Source: Phoronis australis
Taxonomy: Eukaryota > Animalia > Phoronida
DNA length: 64,000 nt
Direction: 5' to 3'
Assembly (NCBI GenBank): GCA_002633005.1
Contig: NMRA01000817.1
Coordinates: forward strand, 23,518-87,517
Shown in pieces: positions 12,166 through 23,559 of this stretch. The position numbers and the translations under genes were made by a program. Each line of letters begins with the position of its first letter. Within the stretch, counting starts at the first letter, position 1. Under the pieces are notes generated by a model. That model saw only the letters and a list, made by a program, of their open reading frames with translations. It ran no database searches and was not told the DNA's origin.

Positions 12166-12827
12166 AAGTTAGCAGTATGTACCGTTGTGCCTCCTAGTGG
12201 TGATTTTGTTTTATTACGCAGCTATATCTCCTAACCATTTCCAGTATCCTTGGGAAATTTGGCTAGTGCTTTCGAAAAATTGTCTCAATAGCTGGCCATG
12301 GACCTAACTACAATGTTGCCCCCTTGTGACAATTTTAGGTTTTTCCAATTGCTAGTTTTTCATGACATTTGGCTGATAGATTTCGAATAAGGGTCTTTTT
12401 ATTTTGGAATTTGATTGGTGTATCTGTGTCACCTAGCAGCCATTTTTATTATTTTCCAGTATTTTGTCGTCCCCGTCTGTATGCACTAAACCGCCTGTAG
12501 TGTCACTATAAAAATTGGCTGATGTGTTCCTACTAATAGTGGTGTGACCGGTGTTGCTTTTCGGATTGGTCTGACTGATGTGGCGCCCCTTAGTGGCATT
12601 TTTACACCTGTGGCTACATCTCTTGCAAGGTGTTTGTGAAATTTGGCAAGTGGATTCCATTTCGTATAAGCTTGACAACAGATAGACTGATCTGACTACT
12701 GCTGTGCCCTCTAGTGGTAATTTGACTTTTTTACGTTTGCTTCTGCATCTTTAGAATTCCTTGGCGTATTTTAAAGACATAGTTTCACACCAAAACAACT
12801 GCTTTTCAAAACAAATAATAGCACTGC

Positions 12828-12907
12828 GTGAATCTGTTGCACAGGGCAGTTCTTGTCCACACAGCTTGTGAATCTGTTGCACAGGGCAGTTCTTGTCCAC
12901 ACAGCTT
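12828..12907. repeat. Perfect 40-bp tandem duplication
   Basis: GTGAATCTGTTGCACAGGGCAGTTCTTGTCCACACAGCTT x2. Confidence 0.95.
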
Positions 12908-14924
12908 GGTTAAAAAGAAAATCCCAGCAGTAATGACCTTTTCCAGTGGAGTCAATTCTGGGAACAGGCATATGTGGTTACATAACCGTCTGTGATGTCA
13001 GATCAGGAAGACAGCTGTGTATTGCAATGGCTACAAGCAGTCAACCTTCCAAAATTTTGCTTGCTTAATTCGATAATTCCTTTCAACTCCATTTGTCGGC
13101 ATAATTAAATTGTTTGTCGCCAAGGAGATGTAAAGATCAGAGTGTATCGCAGATAATCAAGCCTATTACAAAATATTGCAGTTTTCATTTTTTCATTTTC
13201 AGCAGTGAGTAAAAGGGGTGTCACCTTTTAATTTAACCACGTATATAATTGAAATTTGAGTGGAGGTGGCAATCTCAATGACAGAATTACAAGAACATGT
13301 GAAATGGAAGTATTCTGATTTTTAAACTCATGCGTTAATCTATTGAGATAATACTAAAACCAAGGCATCAAGAAATATTACCTGAAGATACCAGTGAACA
13401 TATTATTTCAGCCATTCATTACGGCAAGTTAATTCTATCATGCTTTGGTCACTGAGTCAACGAACAAATCAGAGGACGATTATGATTTAATCCACAGTTC
13501 AAATTAAAATCAAGTGCTTTCAGTCGGAATTATATATTTGGTTTCTACTGTGAAGGACTTTCAAGGTAGTTGAAGGTTACCGCTACTGTATATAAGTCAC
13601 AACTGAAATAATCTCAGTACAGTAAAGTTTATAATTATGTGAGTCAATATGATCTAATCTTTTACAAAAATAAGTAACTTAGAATGCACAGTATTTTAGA
13701 ACATTTACGCATCACAAACGTTTATCCAACAATAAGACAAATTTACATATGAAAATGAATATGCCTAACTATTACCATGGCGACAGGTATTTCCTAGATT
13801 TAGAATTCGACATGCATGATTTGAAAGACTAAGGAGTTGCATGGAAAAAGGATTGGAGGCTGGAAGCTTCACAATCCAACATGGCTGATTACTCTAATTA
13901 AGAGCCTTTACATTTTGGGCCTTGATGAATTAAGAACGTAAAAAGTTACAACGCATGTACTGAAAGAATGATTCATAAGTAAAATTTAGAAAAACATGAA
14001 TTATGTTGTGACACATAATCAAACCTTGAAGCGTAATTGACTTTCAAAGAAAAAACGATTTCTAAACTTTTTCAACTATTTTTAAGCCGAGTGTATGGTC
14101 AACTGAATGGAATATTCAAACTGCAATAATTAGAATATTTCTTATATTTTTTGCGCACAAACAGAAACATTGTGCAAAGTTGCTTTTTTGTAGCAGCTTT
14201 CATCAAAAATGTATCAAAGTTAAAACTTCACCAAGTATAAAATAGCCGATTGAACATGCCCTTCAATTCAGCAGAAGTCGCCATGTTGTCGGTGCCGCCG
14301 GAAATGAGACTTAAGTCCAACGGGAATTGTGAGCATTTTTATCACTCAATAAGTAACATTTGCTTGGCTGAAATCAAGTGAAAACTATTGAATCGCTCAG
14401 AATTGTAGGTATAGATCTTTCTCACTAAATTTCATCGTAAATTATTGGTGAAAATAAATTATGCACGGTTTTAAACTCGTAACGAATGTCGCTGTTGTCC
14501 AAGATGGCCAACCAGATCCAAACAAATGACCCAAATTTCGCCACCCAAATTGCAATAAATGTGCACTGCTTAACACGATTTTGATAATTTTTCAATTTTT
14601 ATTGAGTAGGATGCATTATCTTTCCAATTATATTGAAGTGTTTTTGCAAATCGAAAAAAAAAATCGGTTGGACAGCCCTACTCCTACTGTCCAGCTAGCT
14701 ATCAACTAGGCTCAAATTCAATGGATTGCAATGACAGGTAACAAGCATCAAGCTATTCAGCACATCCACTTACAAACACCTGTATGTTGCAAAAACTGTA
14801 ATTCAAAAGAAAAGTAATCTACTGGCTACTTCTAGCACTAATCCTGTCCGACATTGTCCGTCGATGCTATCCGCCATTTTGAATGTTAGGTTGTTAATAC
14901 TAGCTCAAGGCCCACTAGCTTCTG

Positions 14925-15194
14925 GAAAGCGACGGCATGTACCGTTTTGAATACTCTCTAAAAGTTCACTCATCCTAGTTTACAACCATACTCGGATCAC
15001 AGGCTGTCGTTCTAGAAGCAGTCCATAGAAATATGTTCTCTTGTACATACTACCGAATACGGCGACGCTCCACTCGTGGACATCTCAAAGTATTCTCACC
15101 TGCGACGCAGTCTTGGATCAGTGGGAAAGTTGTGCAAAGATACTCCAACCCTTGGCGTATTGCCACAGTCTCCAACTACACAATGGTCAGGCAT
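14925..15194 (-). pseudogene. Decayed THAP zinc-finger domain, probably from a transposon
   Basis: Minus strand reads MPDHCVVGDCGNTPRVGVSLHNFPTDPRLRRR*EYFEMSTSGASPYSVVCTREHISMDCF*, then RVFKTVHAVAF. This has the THAP C2CH spacing, SLHxFP and an AVP-box-like end; the conserved Trp position is TGA. Confidence 0.7.
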
Positions 15195-16120
15195 TCTTCT
15201 TCAAATATTTACTCCAGTTTAAATCTAAAGATCCATCTACATTTGAAACAAGTACTCCTCTTGGCACACAGCAATGGACACTGGGTACACATTCAGGCTG
15301 ACTGGAGTCTTCAGTGATCAGGTCATGTCCCTACTAACTACTGTAAAATGTTTATGGCAACACAAAACCATGGGCATATGTGTCACATTTCAGAGAATTA
15401 ATGGGCAGAATTTGCATAATAAACCAATTCTAACAAACACAAAGATTCCATTTGTGCCAGATAGTCCTAGCCAAGAGTACGAACCTATGGCCAGACTCGG
15501 CAGTGATGGGGTCAGGAATTCCTGATGTGTTCCTGATATGACGTGTTTTCGAAGATAGCCGAAGTTCAAAATTTTCTGTTCTCAAAATTTTGTGGGGAAG
15601 TGGGAGCGTGTTTTAAACGAATAATAGAAGAATATGGGGTATGAAATAAAAATAAATGTGGTTTATAAGCAAACTTAACAGTCAACACGTGTATACACAT
15701 TAACTACAACTAAATAGCTGTGAACCAATCTCTTTAATGAATTATGTGTGGCAAATTATTTTCTTTGCTAGCTCATTTGTGGCTTAATTTTGTATCAGGG
15801 AGTTGCTGAGAGAGTTTATCAACCATTTTGTTTTGATGTCAAGTCTGACTACTAGTCAGTCGGCCATTGTTACGTGTTTTATGGTGTGAGTTTTGGTTTT
15901 AGATGCTAGTTCTATCCCTATGATTTGAGCTTCCGAAACATTGTTTTCTTTGCATGCATCTACTTATCATTAGGTATCTTTGTAATTATTAACTAGTCAA
16001 AAATCAATGAATTTCATGGCCAATTCATTTTATGCTAGAATGCTCACTCAGTTTGATATTGCTAGGCCTGTTTTACGGAGAAAGAATATAATCTGATGCT
16101 AACAATTCTTTTATTTCCAG

Positions 16121-16197
16121 ATACAGGATTCGAGATTCCAGACAAATTTGTTGTGGGTTATGCTCTAGACTACAACGAATACTTCCGAGATCTCAGT
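16121..16197 (+). CDS. HPRT1: HPRT penultimate exon ([26 protein letters not shown])
   Basis: tttccag acceptor and AGT|gtaagt donor. 77 bp. Near-invariant [23 protein letters not shown] motif. Confidence 0.96.
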
Positions 16198-17513
16198 GTA
16201 AGTGATCCACTCCATCTTGTCATGCTCATGTGTTTAAAGTAGCTATAAACCAGTGTTCTGTCGCAGACAATGACAGTGCAGACGGCGTACCACTTACTCC
16301 TCACTCAGATGAGAAGCAAGGAACTGACACTTTGTTATTCTTCAAGACCATGCTTGATGAATACAGTGACATGCCATCTTCAGTCAAGTTGTAGAGGCTG
16401 GACTCTGGCAACAACCTGCCATTAGTTGTGTCTAAGCCCAGAAATCAGATTTATTTTGACAAGTGCACACTTCGAGACTCCGTTGTAGTGTTATAAATCA
16501 AAAGTTTTTTCTGACAACTTTCTTGGTATTTATTTTCTTTGCATTAATTTTGAAACTTTAGATGTTGATTATATCATAGATTAAAAACTCCACGATGCAT
16601 CTTGTTGAACATCGCTGATGGCATGCTTGTCCTGTGTGCAGAATCTACAAGTAGTGGACACTGTACTTGTCATTGACATTTATCCAGTTTTTGGTTAATA
16701 AATAGAACTTTGGCAAATTTTTGAGTTGCCAGAGGTCACAGGGTTAAATTGGCGTAAAAGTTGCATCTCACTTTGTTATTTTGGTGTTGCATTTGCCATG
16801 TGACCTTGGAACAAAATGTAAAAAGACATGTTCAATGTTTTGGCAATTCCTGAGAAAAATCAGCAATGTGAAAATGGTGGCTCAGTAGAATAAGGGGAAT
16901 ATTTCTTATATTTAAACTCATCTTTCATCACAAAAACCAATTTTTGATGGATACCATTTCCTATTATCAAATTGTTCAGTAGCAAATTTAGAAATGTTTT
17001 GAGGGCATTGAAAAAACTAATGGTTGACAAGCTTCTGCGGAATGATTTAGTGACTGTTTTGAAGACTAATAACTGCTGCCACCTTTTGGCTCAATTGCTA
17101 GACTCTACTAGCTGGCTCATCATGTTGTGTCATGTGATACACCAAGCATGGTCTCTAGTAATAACCAACTGTCAATAACTTACAAAACCCAGAAATCATT
17201 TCTCACCTAAGTGAAGAATATGTTGTGATCAGTCTTGTTCCCGTAGGTCATTCAAATCAAAAGTCTGTTTCTTGGGTAGAGTGCGGGTATAAACAACTAA
17301 GACATGTAGATGGTTGAATTTTCTGTAAATGTTAAAAAGTTGGTCCAATGTTACACTATTTTACATTACATATCAAGGTTTAACGTTGTTCAGTAATGTG
17401 GAGCGATGCAGAAGTTTGACGTGAGCAAATATGGTGTGTGTTGCACGTGTCATTTGATGTGAATCTGTCATGTGGTATAAACCTTTGTCATTTGTGAATT
17501 TTTGTCGTTTCAG

Positions 17514-17585
17514 CATATATGTGTTATCAATGAAAATGGCAAAAAGAAGTATGCACCGTCAAGTTCCTTACAAGAAGTACGCTAA
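17514..17585 (+). CDS. HPRT1: HPRT last coding exon (HICVINENGKKKYAPSSSLQEVR-stop)
   Basis: tcgtttcag acceptor, phase 0. HICVI..GK.KY C-terminal motif. TAA at 17583-17585. Confidence 0.92.
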   Translation, partial: HICVINENGKKKYAPSSSLQEVR

Positions 17586-18041
17586 AGACCGTGAGAACTT
17601 TGCTTCCTAACAGAGGATACAAGTGTTTGATAATTGGGGGTGCTTCTAACATGCCTAGTCTATCCAGTAAATTAGTAACAATCCAGTGAATTATTTAACT
17701 AACATTTTTTTTTCTGTCTTCTTTTGAGATTGTGTATCACAATTCTCACAATCATTTCTAGTATTTGAATGGTGCACAGTGATTCAGAGAATGGCATTTG
17801 AAATGTTCTTCACTGCTGATGAGGCAGTTGGTATCTACTTTCCTTGTGGCCACATGAGGGTGCAGTTTGTATGAGACTATGTATTAATAGGTGGCCGCAC
17901 TGCAGATCATGATTCTTTGGTAAATACTGGCACCTCTAAATGAGTGGAATGTAACTATGATGAAACTGAAACTCATTTAATATGCTGTCAAAGTTTTGCC
18001 ATTTAATTGTCGGGAATAGGTATGACTCTTCAGTAAGATGG

Positions 18042-18047
18042 AATAAA
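18042..18047 (+). terminator. Candidate polyadenylation signal of HPRT (AATAAA)
   Basis: AATAAA about 460 nt after the HPRT stop, followed by a T/GT-rich stretch near 18068-18085. Confidence 0.5.
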
Positions 18048-19134
18048 CACTGAACACCAATCAAATATATTTAGTTGTTTATCTACTTTACATGCTCTAC
18101 TTATTTACGTGTAAGTGTGCATGTGAAGATGGTGCCTGTACATCTGGTACTGGTCTCTCAATCGAACACTTTAATAGTCTTCATGAAAGTGTTAGTCTAC
18201 TCGTATTTCCACACAGTTCCACCATGCTCCTTCCTCCTTGGTGCAATTTTAATATTTTGTGTCCATATTTGAGATCCCTGTTAATGTGCGAAAAACTAAG
18301 AAGAATCCTACTAAAATTGATGTATGTCTTTCTTTTGATGGTAACGTGATAGACATTGATATTTGAACAATATTGACTACAACAGCCTGTTACTACTCCC
18401 CCTAGTGGCGGTTTTAACATTTTTGAGTTTGCTTCAATATCTCCCAAGTTTGATGAGGAGTAGTCTTATTTTGGCAAGTATTTTAAACCTTTTAAGCTGC
18501 ATTCCGCCCTGTTCAGCTGACTCACTACAAATGTGGAATCAACTAGACCTTTTACTTTTCATGAAATTCGTCTCCTAATGTGATAGGATTCTATTTTCGC
18601 TAAAATAAGGACATCGAATGGAAACGCTTCGGAGGTTAGGTTGGCCAACTTTGAAATTGTAAATGGCAAGTGGCGCTTGTACACTTCACTAGTGACTTGA
18701 GTAGGCAACCTAAGTGGAATCCTATCATGGCAAGGAGTATTATTGGACCGATTTTTTAGGAGGAAAAACCAATAATAAGTTTGGTTTTGGTTTTAACCCT
18801 CAGATAAACATGGCGAAATGTAGTGTTCAAATATTACTCACTATGAGAGAGCACAGCACTTCCTATTCTTGGACTGTATCGACTAGTGTTGGAGAAACAC
18901 TTAACTCTTTGGATGATCACGGTGGGCGTTGATTAACGTTCGATCTGTTTTGCACCTTTTGGCTCTATTTACACCATATAAGAAGGTAACTACTGTGCAA
19001 GATAAAAAATCACTAATTGAATACTTGAGATCTTATTTAGCCAAGCTTTTTTGGATTACCTCAAAAACTGTTCTGAAATTCTGGTCTGTCTTACAGTAAA
19101 GTTATCTCCCCTTTCAATCATATTTGCCAGTGGT

Positions 19135-19737
19135 TTAGGCAGTTTGAACCTTCTTCAGGAGGAACTTGTTCACCTGAGGCTTCAACCCTGGTCCCGGATT
19201 CCAAGGGCATGGGAAACTAGCACTAGGTTTGTACTTTGTGCGTGTTTTGTTTCCATACGATTGTGTGAGTCGACTGTACTTGATCATTGCTTCCTCGTCT
19301 ATCTGAGTGTAATACGCGGCCCGTATACTCTCCTTACTTATCATAACTCTTCGCCCTATGTCTAAATCGGGGCCATGGATGTTTTCCCCAAGTCTATAGT
19401 GTTCTAGTTTCAGTCTCACCCTGTTGGTGGCGCTAGTAGTGAGTTGCATGTAGCCGGGCACAGATTTCTTTTCCTCCACCGGACTAAATGCATGCCTCCT
19501 GCGTTTACCGTGTGGTGAATATTTGTTGCCTTGGGCCGAACCAATGGGGCTATCTAAGCTTCCTACGCTGTCGAGGTAATAGTAAATGCCGTCGAGAGGT
19601 GGCGCTTCGTACACGAAACTCAGACGCCCAGATTTCGTCGGCTTATGACGGACGATTTCGCGGTATATGTCTTTCAGCGAACGTGTCAGATACATACTAC
19701 AGCTACGATTGCATTTTTCGGACATCACTGTCTTCAT
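19135..19737 (-). CDS. Candidate intronless 200-aa basic protein of unknown function
   Basis: ATG-initiated 603-nt ORF in AT-rich DNA with raised GC. No domain recognised with certainty. Confidence 0.35.
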   Translation of the reverse strand: MKTVMSEKCNRSCSMYLTRSLKDIYREIVRHKPTKSGRLSFVYEAPPLDGIYYYLDSVGSLDSPIGSAQGNKYSPHGKRRRHAFSPVEEKKSVPGYMQLTTSATNRVRLKLEHYRLGENIHGPDLDIGRRVMISKESIRAAYYTQIDEEAMIKYSRLTQSYGNKTRTKYKPSASFPCPWNPGPGLKPQVNKFLLKKVQTA

Positions 19738-20063
19738 TAAATAACGGATGAATGCATGTTACTTACGAGCTGTAGATGGAAAGCAAACCTACACTTCGTG
19801 AATTGTGGGTTGAGTGAGACTAAACAGTTCACTTGAGAGTGACAGAGACTTATCTGCTAACGACTCGTGACAAATGTAGATTTACTGCATAAATATATAC
19901 AAAAAAATAATTGAGATTTTTCTGTTTTGCGTGAAGCCTTTTTGTGAAACAATTTTCGCGAGTATAAAACCAATAAGCCTTGGTTTCTCTCATAGCTGGT
20001 CAGCTATAGTGCTAAACATCTCGGTACGACGTGACAGAGGAAACCACGGATGAAAGTGTATTG

Positions 20064-20309
20064 CATGCGCGCACCTAGGAGGGGGGTGGGCGGGGGGCTC
20101 GAATGGAGAAGTGGGCAAAAAGGTCCGCCTCTGAGAGACAAAAATTACGAGAAAAAGGGTCCACTAAACAAGCGCAATCACGCAATTCCCAGTGGTGTTC
20201 TGTTTTTTTTTTAATTTTATTTTTTTAGTCCGACCGCTCTTATGATAGCAAAAGGTCCACAACGTCAGGAATTCGAGCCCCTCCATATTGAGGGCTGGGT
20301 GCGCTCATG
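20064..20309. mobile_element. MITE family A copy (CATGCGCGCACC termini, 5-bp TSD)
   Basis: CATGCGCGCACCTAG ... CTGGGTGCGCTCATG with TSD TATTG/TATTG. Interior is homologous, in inverted orientation, to 51138-51387. Confidence 0.85.
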
Positions 20310-20357
20310 TATTGAATGCGGTATTGTTTCCAAGAATGATGAGCTTTGCTGACTGAT

Positions 20358-20487
20358 CATGGGCGGAGCAGCACTGGGCGGGGCCCCTCTGTGGTACACT
20401 GCCCATAGCCCGGCCATGGGCGCTGGAGCACTGAAAAAAGTGGGGAAGGCTACAGCCCCCTCAGCCATCTATGGTGCGCCGCTCATG
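20358..20487. mobile_element. 130-bp GC-rich MITE (5-bp TSD)
   Basis: CATGGGCGGAGCA ... TGCGCCGCTCATG with exact TSD CTGAT/CTGAT. Confidence 0.8.
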
Positions 20488-20659
20488 CTGATCCATTTGT
20501 TTTCGAAGATACTTGCAATGTTATTCGTTCACTATTTCTAGCAATCTTCCGAGATCACTCACTAAAAGAAACATTCCTGATCCCTACATTCATGTATGTC
20601 GTTGTCAAATGTCAAAAGACGGAATGAATTTCGGTTGAAATATACCGTTACCTCGTTGA

Positions 20660-21600
20660 AAATCCTTAACACACTCGCTGCCAAATCCCGTGCCTAGAGA
20701 AGTCGTGGGCCGCCATTATATTGCTGTTGTAATTTGCTGTGGGAATTAATGGAGCTACCAGGATCCTAATTATTTTTTTAAATTTTCTGTTCTGCTTTTC
20801 AGTACTCAGTACGAGCTCCAGGTGGCGATATGTGCTGCCAGTCATGCGCATTGTGGATGACTGTGCGATCTCATTTAGCATTTGATGCCATAAGCATTAA
20901 TTAAGTGCGAGTACATGTATCAATTGGAGGGGAAATTGAAAGCGGGTGTTTGATCTTGAATTTTTGCTCAAATGTAGGAATAGGTTCAAACCAGCGGTGT
21001 AGTGGGGCGTTGATGTAACATACCAACCTGTTTGTGTTAACATAGCGTCTACTCCCCGTAACGCAGTCTTGATACACTTGTGTTCAAAGAACTGCAGGGC
21101 TGCCTAAAGTCTAATGTTGTATGGATGCGTTGATATAGACACCCGTGTTTTTCGTTAACAAACCGAGTTTATGGAGCATTTTAAATGTCTTTACTGATGT
21201 ACACAGCATTGGTTCTCCTGCGTTTTCAAACTGAACCAAAATTCGTCCGTACGTGTACAGTGAGTTTATTAGTAAATTTTGGTCTGACGGAAAATCCACC
21301 TTTGTGCCAAACTGAGTGTCCAGGAAAAACATTTTGAAATTATTACGTAGCTGTATAAGGACATGACGCAACTGAATTAAGGGAAATATTGAGAAACTGG
21401 AATTTGTTGAATATGTTTTACTGGAATATATTCACTAAAGTCTCGCTCATGGAAAAGTTTGGAAGCCCTAATCAAGCAGCAGGTGTTGGAGGAAAATTGC
21501 AGTTGGCGAAATATTTCATAATCAGTATTTGCACGACGCCTCTCGTAAAATTTACAGTAATGCATGATTGAGGCGAAAGAATTTGGAAATTCAGACTCTG
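20660..21600 (-). pseudogene. Decayed ISL2EU/PIF-Harbinger-type (DDE_Tnp_4-like) transposase
   Basis: Collinear minus-strand fragments: VLIQLRNNFKMFFLDTQFG (HTH-like LxxLRxN...FG), TGVYINAS (TxVxIDAT-like) and RHLELVL..RKFKKIIRIL..IP..IWQRVC (RxHVER..FKIL..IP..VC-like). Interrupted by stops and frameshifts. Confidence 0.5.
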
Positions 21601-21774
21601 GCAACGAGACAATGCCAATTTTGATTAATCGTTATTGATATTTGTTGAATAAAATAGGTCGTTGGTTGTCCGGCTGAGATAGGCGCTTTAAACGGCACAT
21701 CACTACAAAGTTAAGCGTCCATAGCAGTCCTAGCACGCTCAGTATGTAATCAGGGTAAACTATAAGTGTCCATA

Positions 21775-22803
21775 TAATGTAGTGGCTATAGTAGATTTAC
21801 ATGTAATGTAGTGGCTATAGTAGGTTTACATATAATATCGTAGCTATAGTAGATTTACATTTGATATGGTGGCTATAGTAGATTTACATGTAATATAATG
21901 GCTGTAGTAGATTTACATGTAATATAGTGGCTATAGTAGATTTACATATAATATAGTAGCTATAGTAGATTTACATTTGATATAGTGGCTATAGTAGATT
22001 TACATATAATATAGTGGCTATAGTAGATTTACATTTGATATAGTGGCTATAGTAGATGTACATGTAATATAGTGGCTATAACAGATTTACATTTGATGTA
22101 GTGGCTATGTGTAATATAGTGGCTATAGTATATTGACTATAGTAGATTTACGTGTAATATAGTGGCTATAGTAGATTTACATGTAATATATTGATTATAG
22201 TAGATTTACGTGTAATATAGTGGCTATAGTAGATTTACATATAATATAGTAGCTATAGTAGATTTACATGTAATATAGTAGCTATATTAGATTTACATTT
22301 GACTTAGTGGCTATAGTAGATATACATTTGATATAGTGGCTGTAGTAAATTTACATATAATATAGTAGCTATATTAGATTTACATTTGATGTAGTGGCTA
22401 TAGTAGATTTACGTGTAATATAATGGCTATAGTAGATTTACGTGTAATATAGTGGCTATGGTAGATTTACATGTAATATAGTGGCTATAGTAGATTTACA
22501 TTTGATATAGTGGCTATAGTAGATTTACACGTAATACAGTGGCTATAGTAGATTTACACGTAATATATTGGCTATAGTAGATTTACATGTAATATAGTGG
22601 CTATAGTAGATTTACATTTGATATAGTGGCTATAGTAGATTTACATGTAATATAATGGCTATAGTAGATTTACACGTAATATATTGGCTATAGTAGATTT
22701 ACATGTAATATAGTGGCTATAGTAGATTTACATTTGATATAGTGGCTATAGTAGATTTACATGTAATATAATGGCTATAGTAGATTTACATATAATATTG
22801 TGG
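21775..22803. repeat. 29-bp minisatellite, about 35 copies
   Basis: Consensus TAGTGGCTATAGTAGATTTACATGTAATA with recurring variants (..CATTTGATA, ..CATATAATA, ..CACGTAATA). Confidence 0.97.
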
Positions 22804-23285
22804 CTAAAGTACTGTAGATTTTCCCGTGCTATTTTACCTTTCTGTTTACATGGCTTTGGTTTCATTGTACTCTTAATCACGTAGTTGGAAGTCCGCGTCT
22901 GTAATTTAGTTGTTGCGCCTTTGGTCTGCTGTTTGTATGCATTTAGTTCAGTCTGTGTAAGGATTTTATTGTGTCATTCGTATCCTGTTCGTGTTGTCTT
23001 AGTGTCAATATCCCTTACTTATTTTGATACTTGTTATAGAAGCTCAGCATGTTTTTATACTTACTTTTTGCGTCATTATGTAATTTCTGTGTAGATGAAA
23101 CTGGTTGCGAAAGAGATGACCTCGGAAGACAATTTACAGTGCAAACTACAGGTTGCATGTTTTGAGCTCAATGAAGGAGAACATTGACCTGTACTTAATG
23201 CATTGAGCTGTACTTATTACTGAGTTAAGGCTTTGATATCCTTCGCAGTGGCGACGTTGAATCGAATCCTGGCCCCTTGGCACCC

Positions 23286-23411
23286 CAGTGGCGGATTTAA
23301 GGGGAGACAAGATTCCATTTGGCAGTACGGGGGTACGAATGTCTGCCGTGCAAAATCTTGGCTAATACTCTGCCCTGGCACCCCAAACTCAAAATCCTGG
23401 ATCCGCCCCTA
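23286..23411. mobile_element. MITE family B copy (CAGTGGCGGA-type termini)
   Basis: CAGTGGCGGAT ... ATCCGCCCCTA with flanks CACCC/CGCCC. Shares AGATTCCATTTGGCAGT and AACTCAAAATCCTGG with 47912-48064. Confidence 0.75.
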
Positions 23412-23559
23412 CGCCCTGTGGTGTGTTTAGTATTTTATTCTCAAACGTAACAACCGATAGCTTTCTACTATTTGATATTTTTAAGAAATTTGTTCTTGCC
23501 AATATCTAAAAACATTTTACTCTTTGTGAAGCCGGTTACTTGCTGTCCGAACAAATTCA

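Noticed and set aside
21775-22803. CRISPR-like appearance of the 29-bp array (also 39130-39303, 50172-50331, 51560-51785)
   Set aside because: Units are head-to-tail with no unique spacers, there are no cas genes, and the context is eukaryotic.
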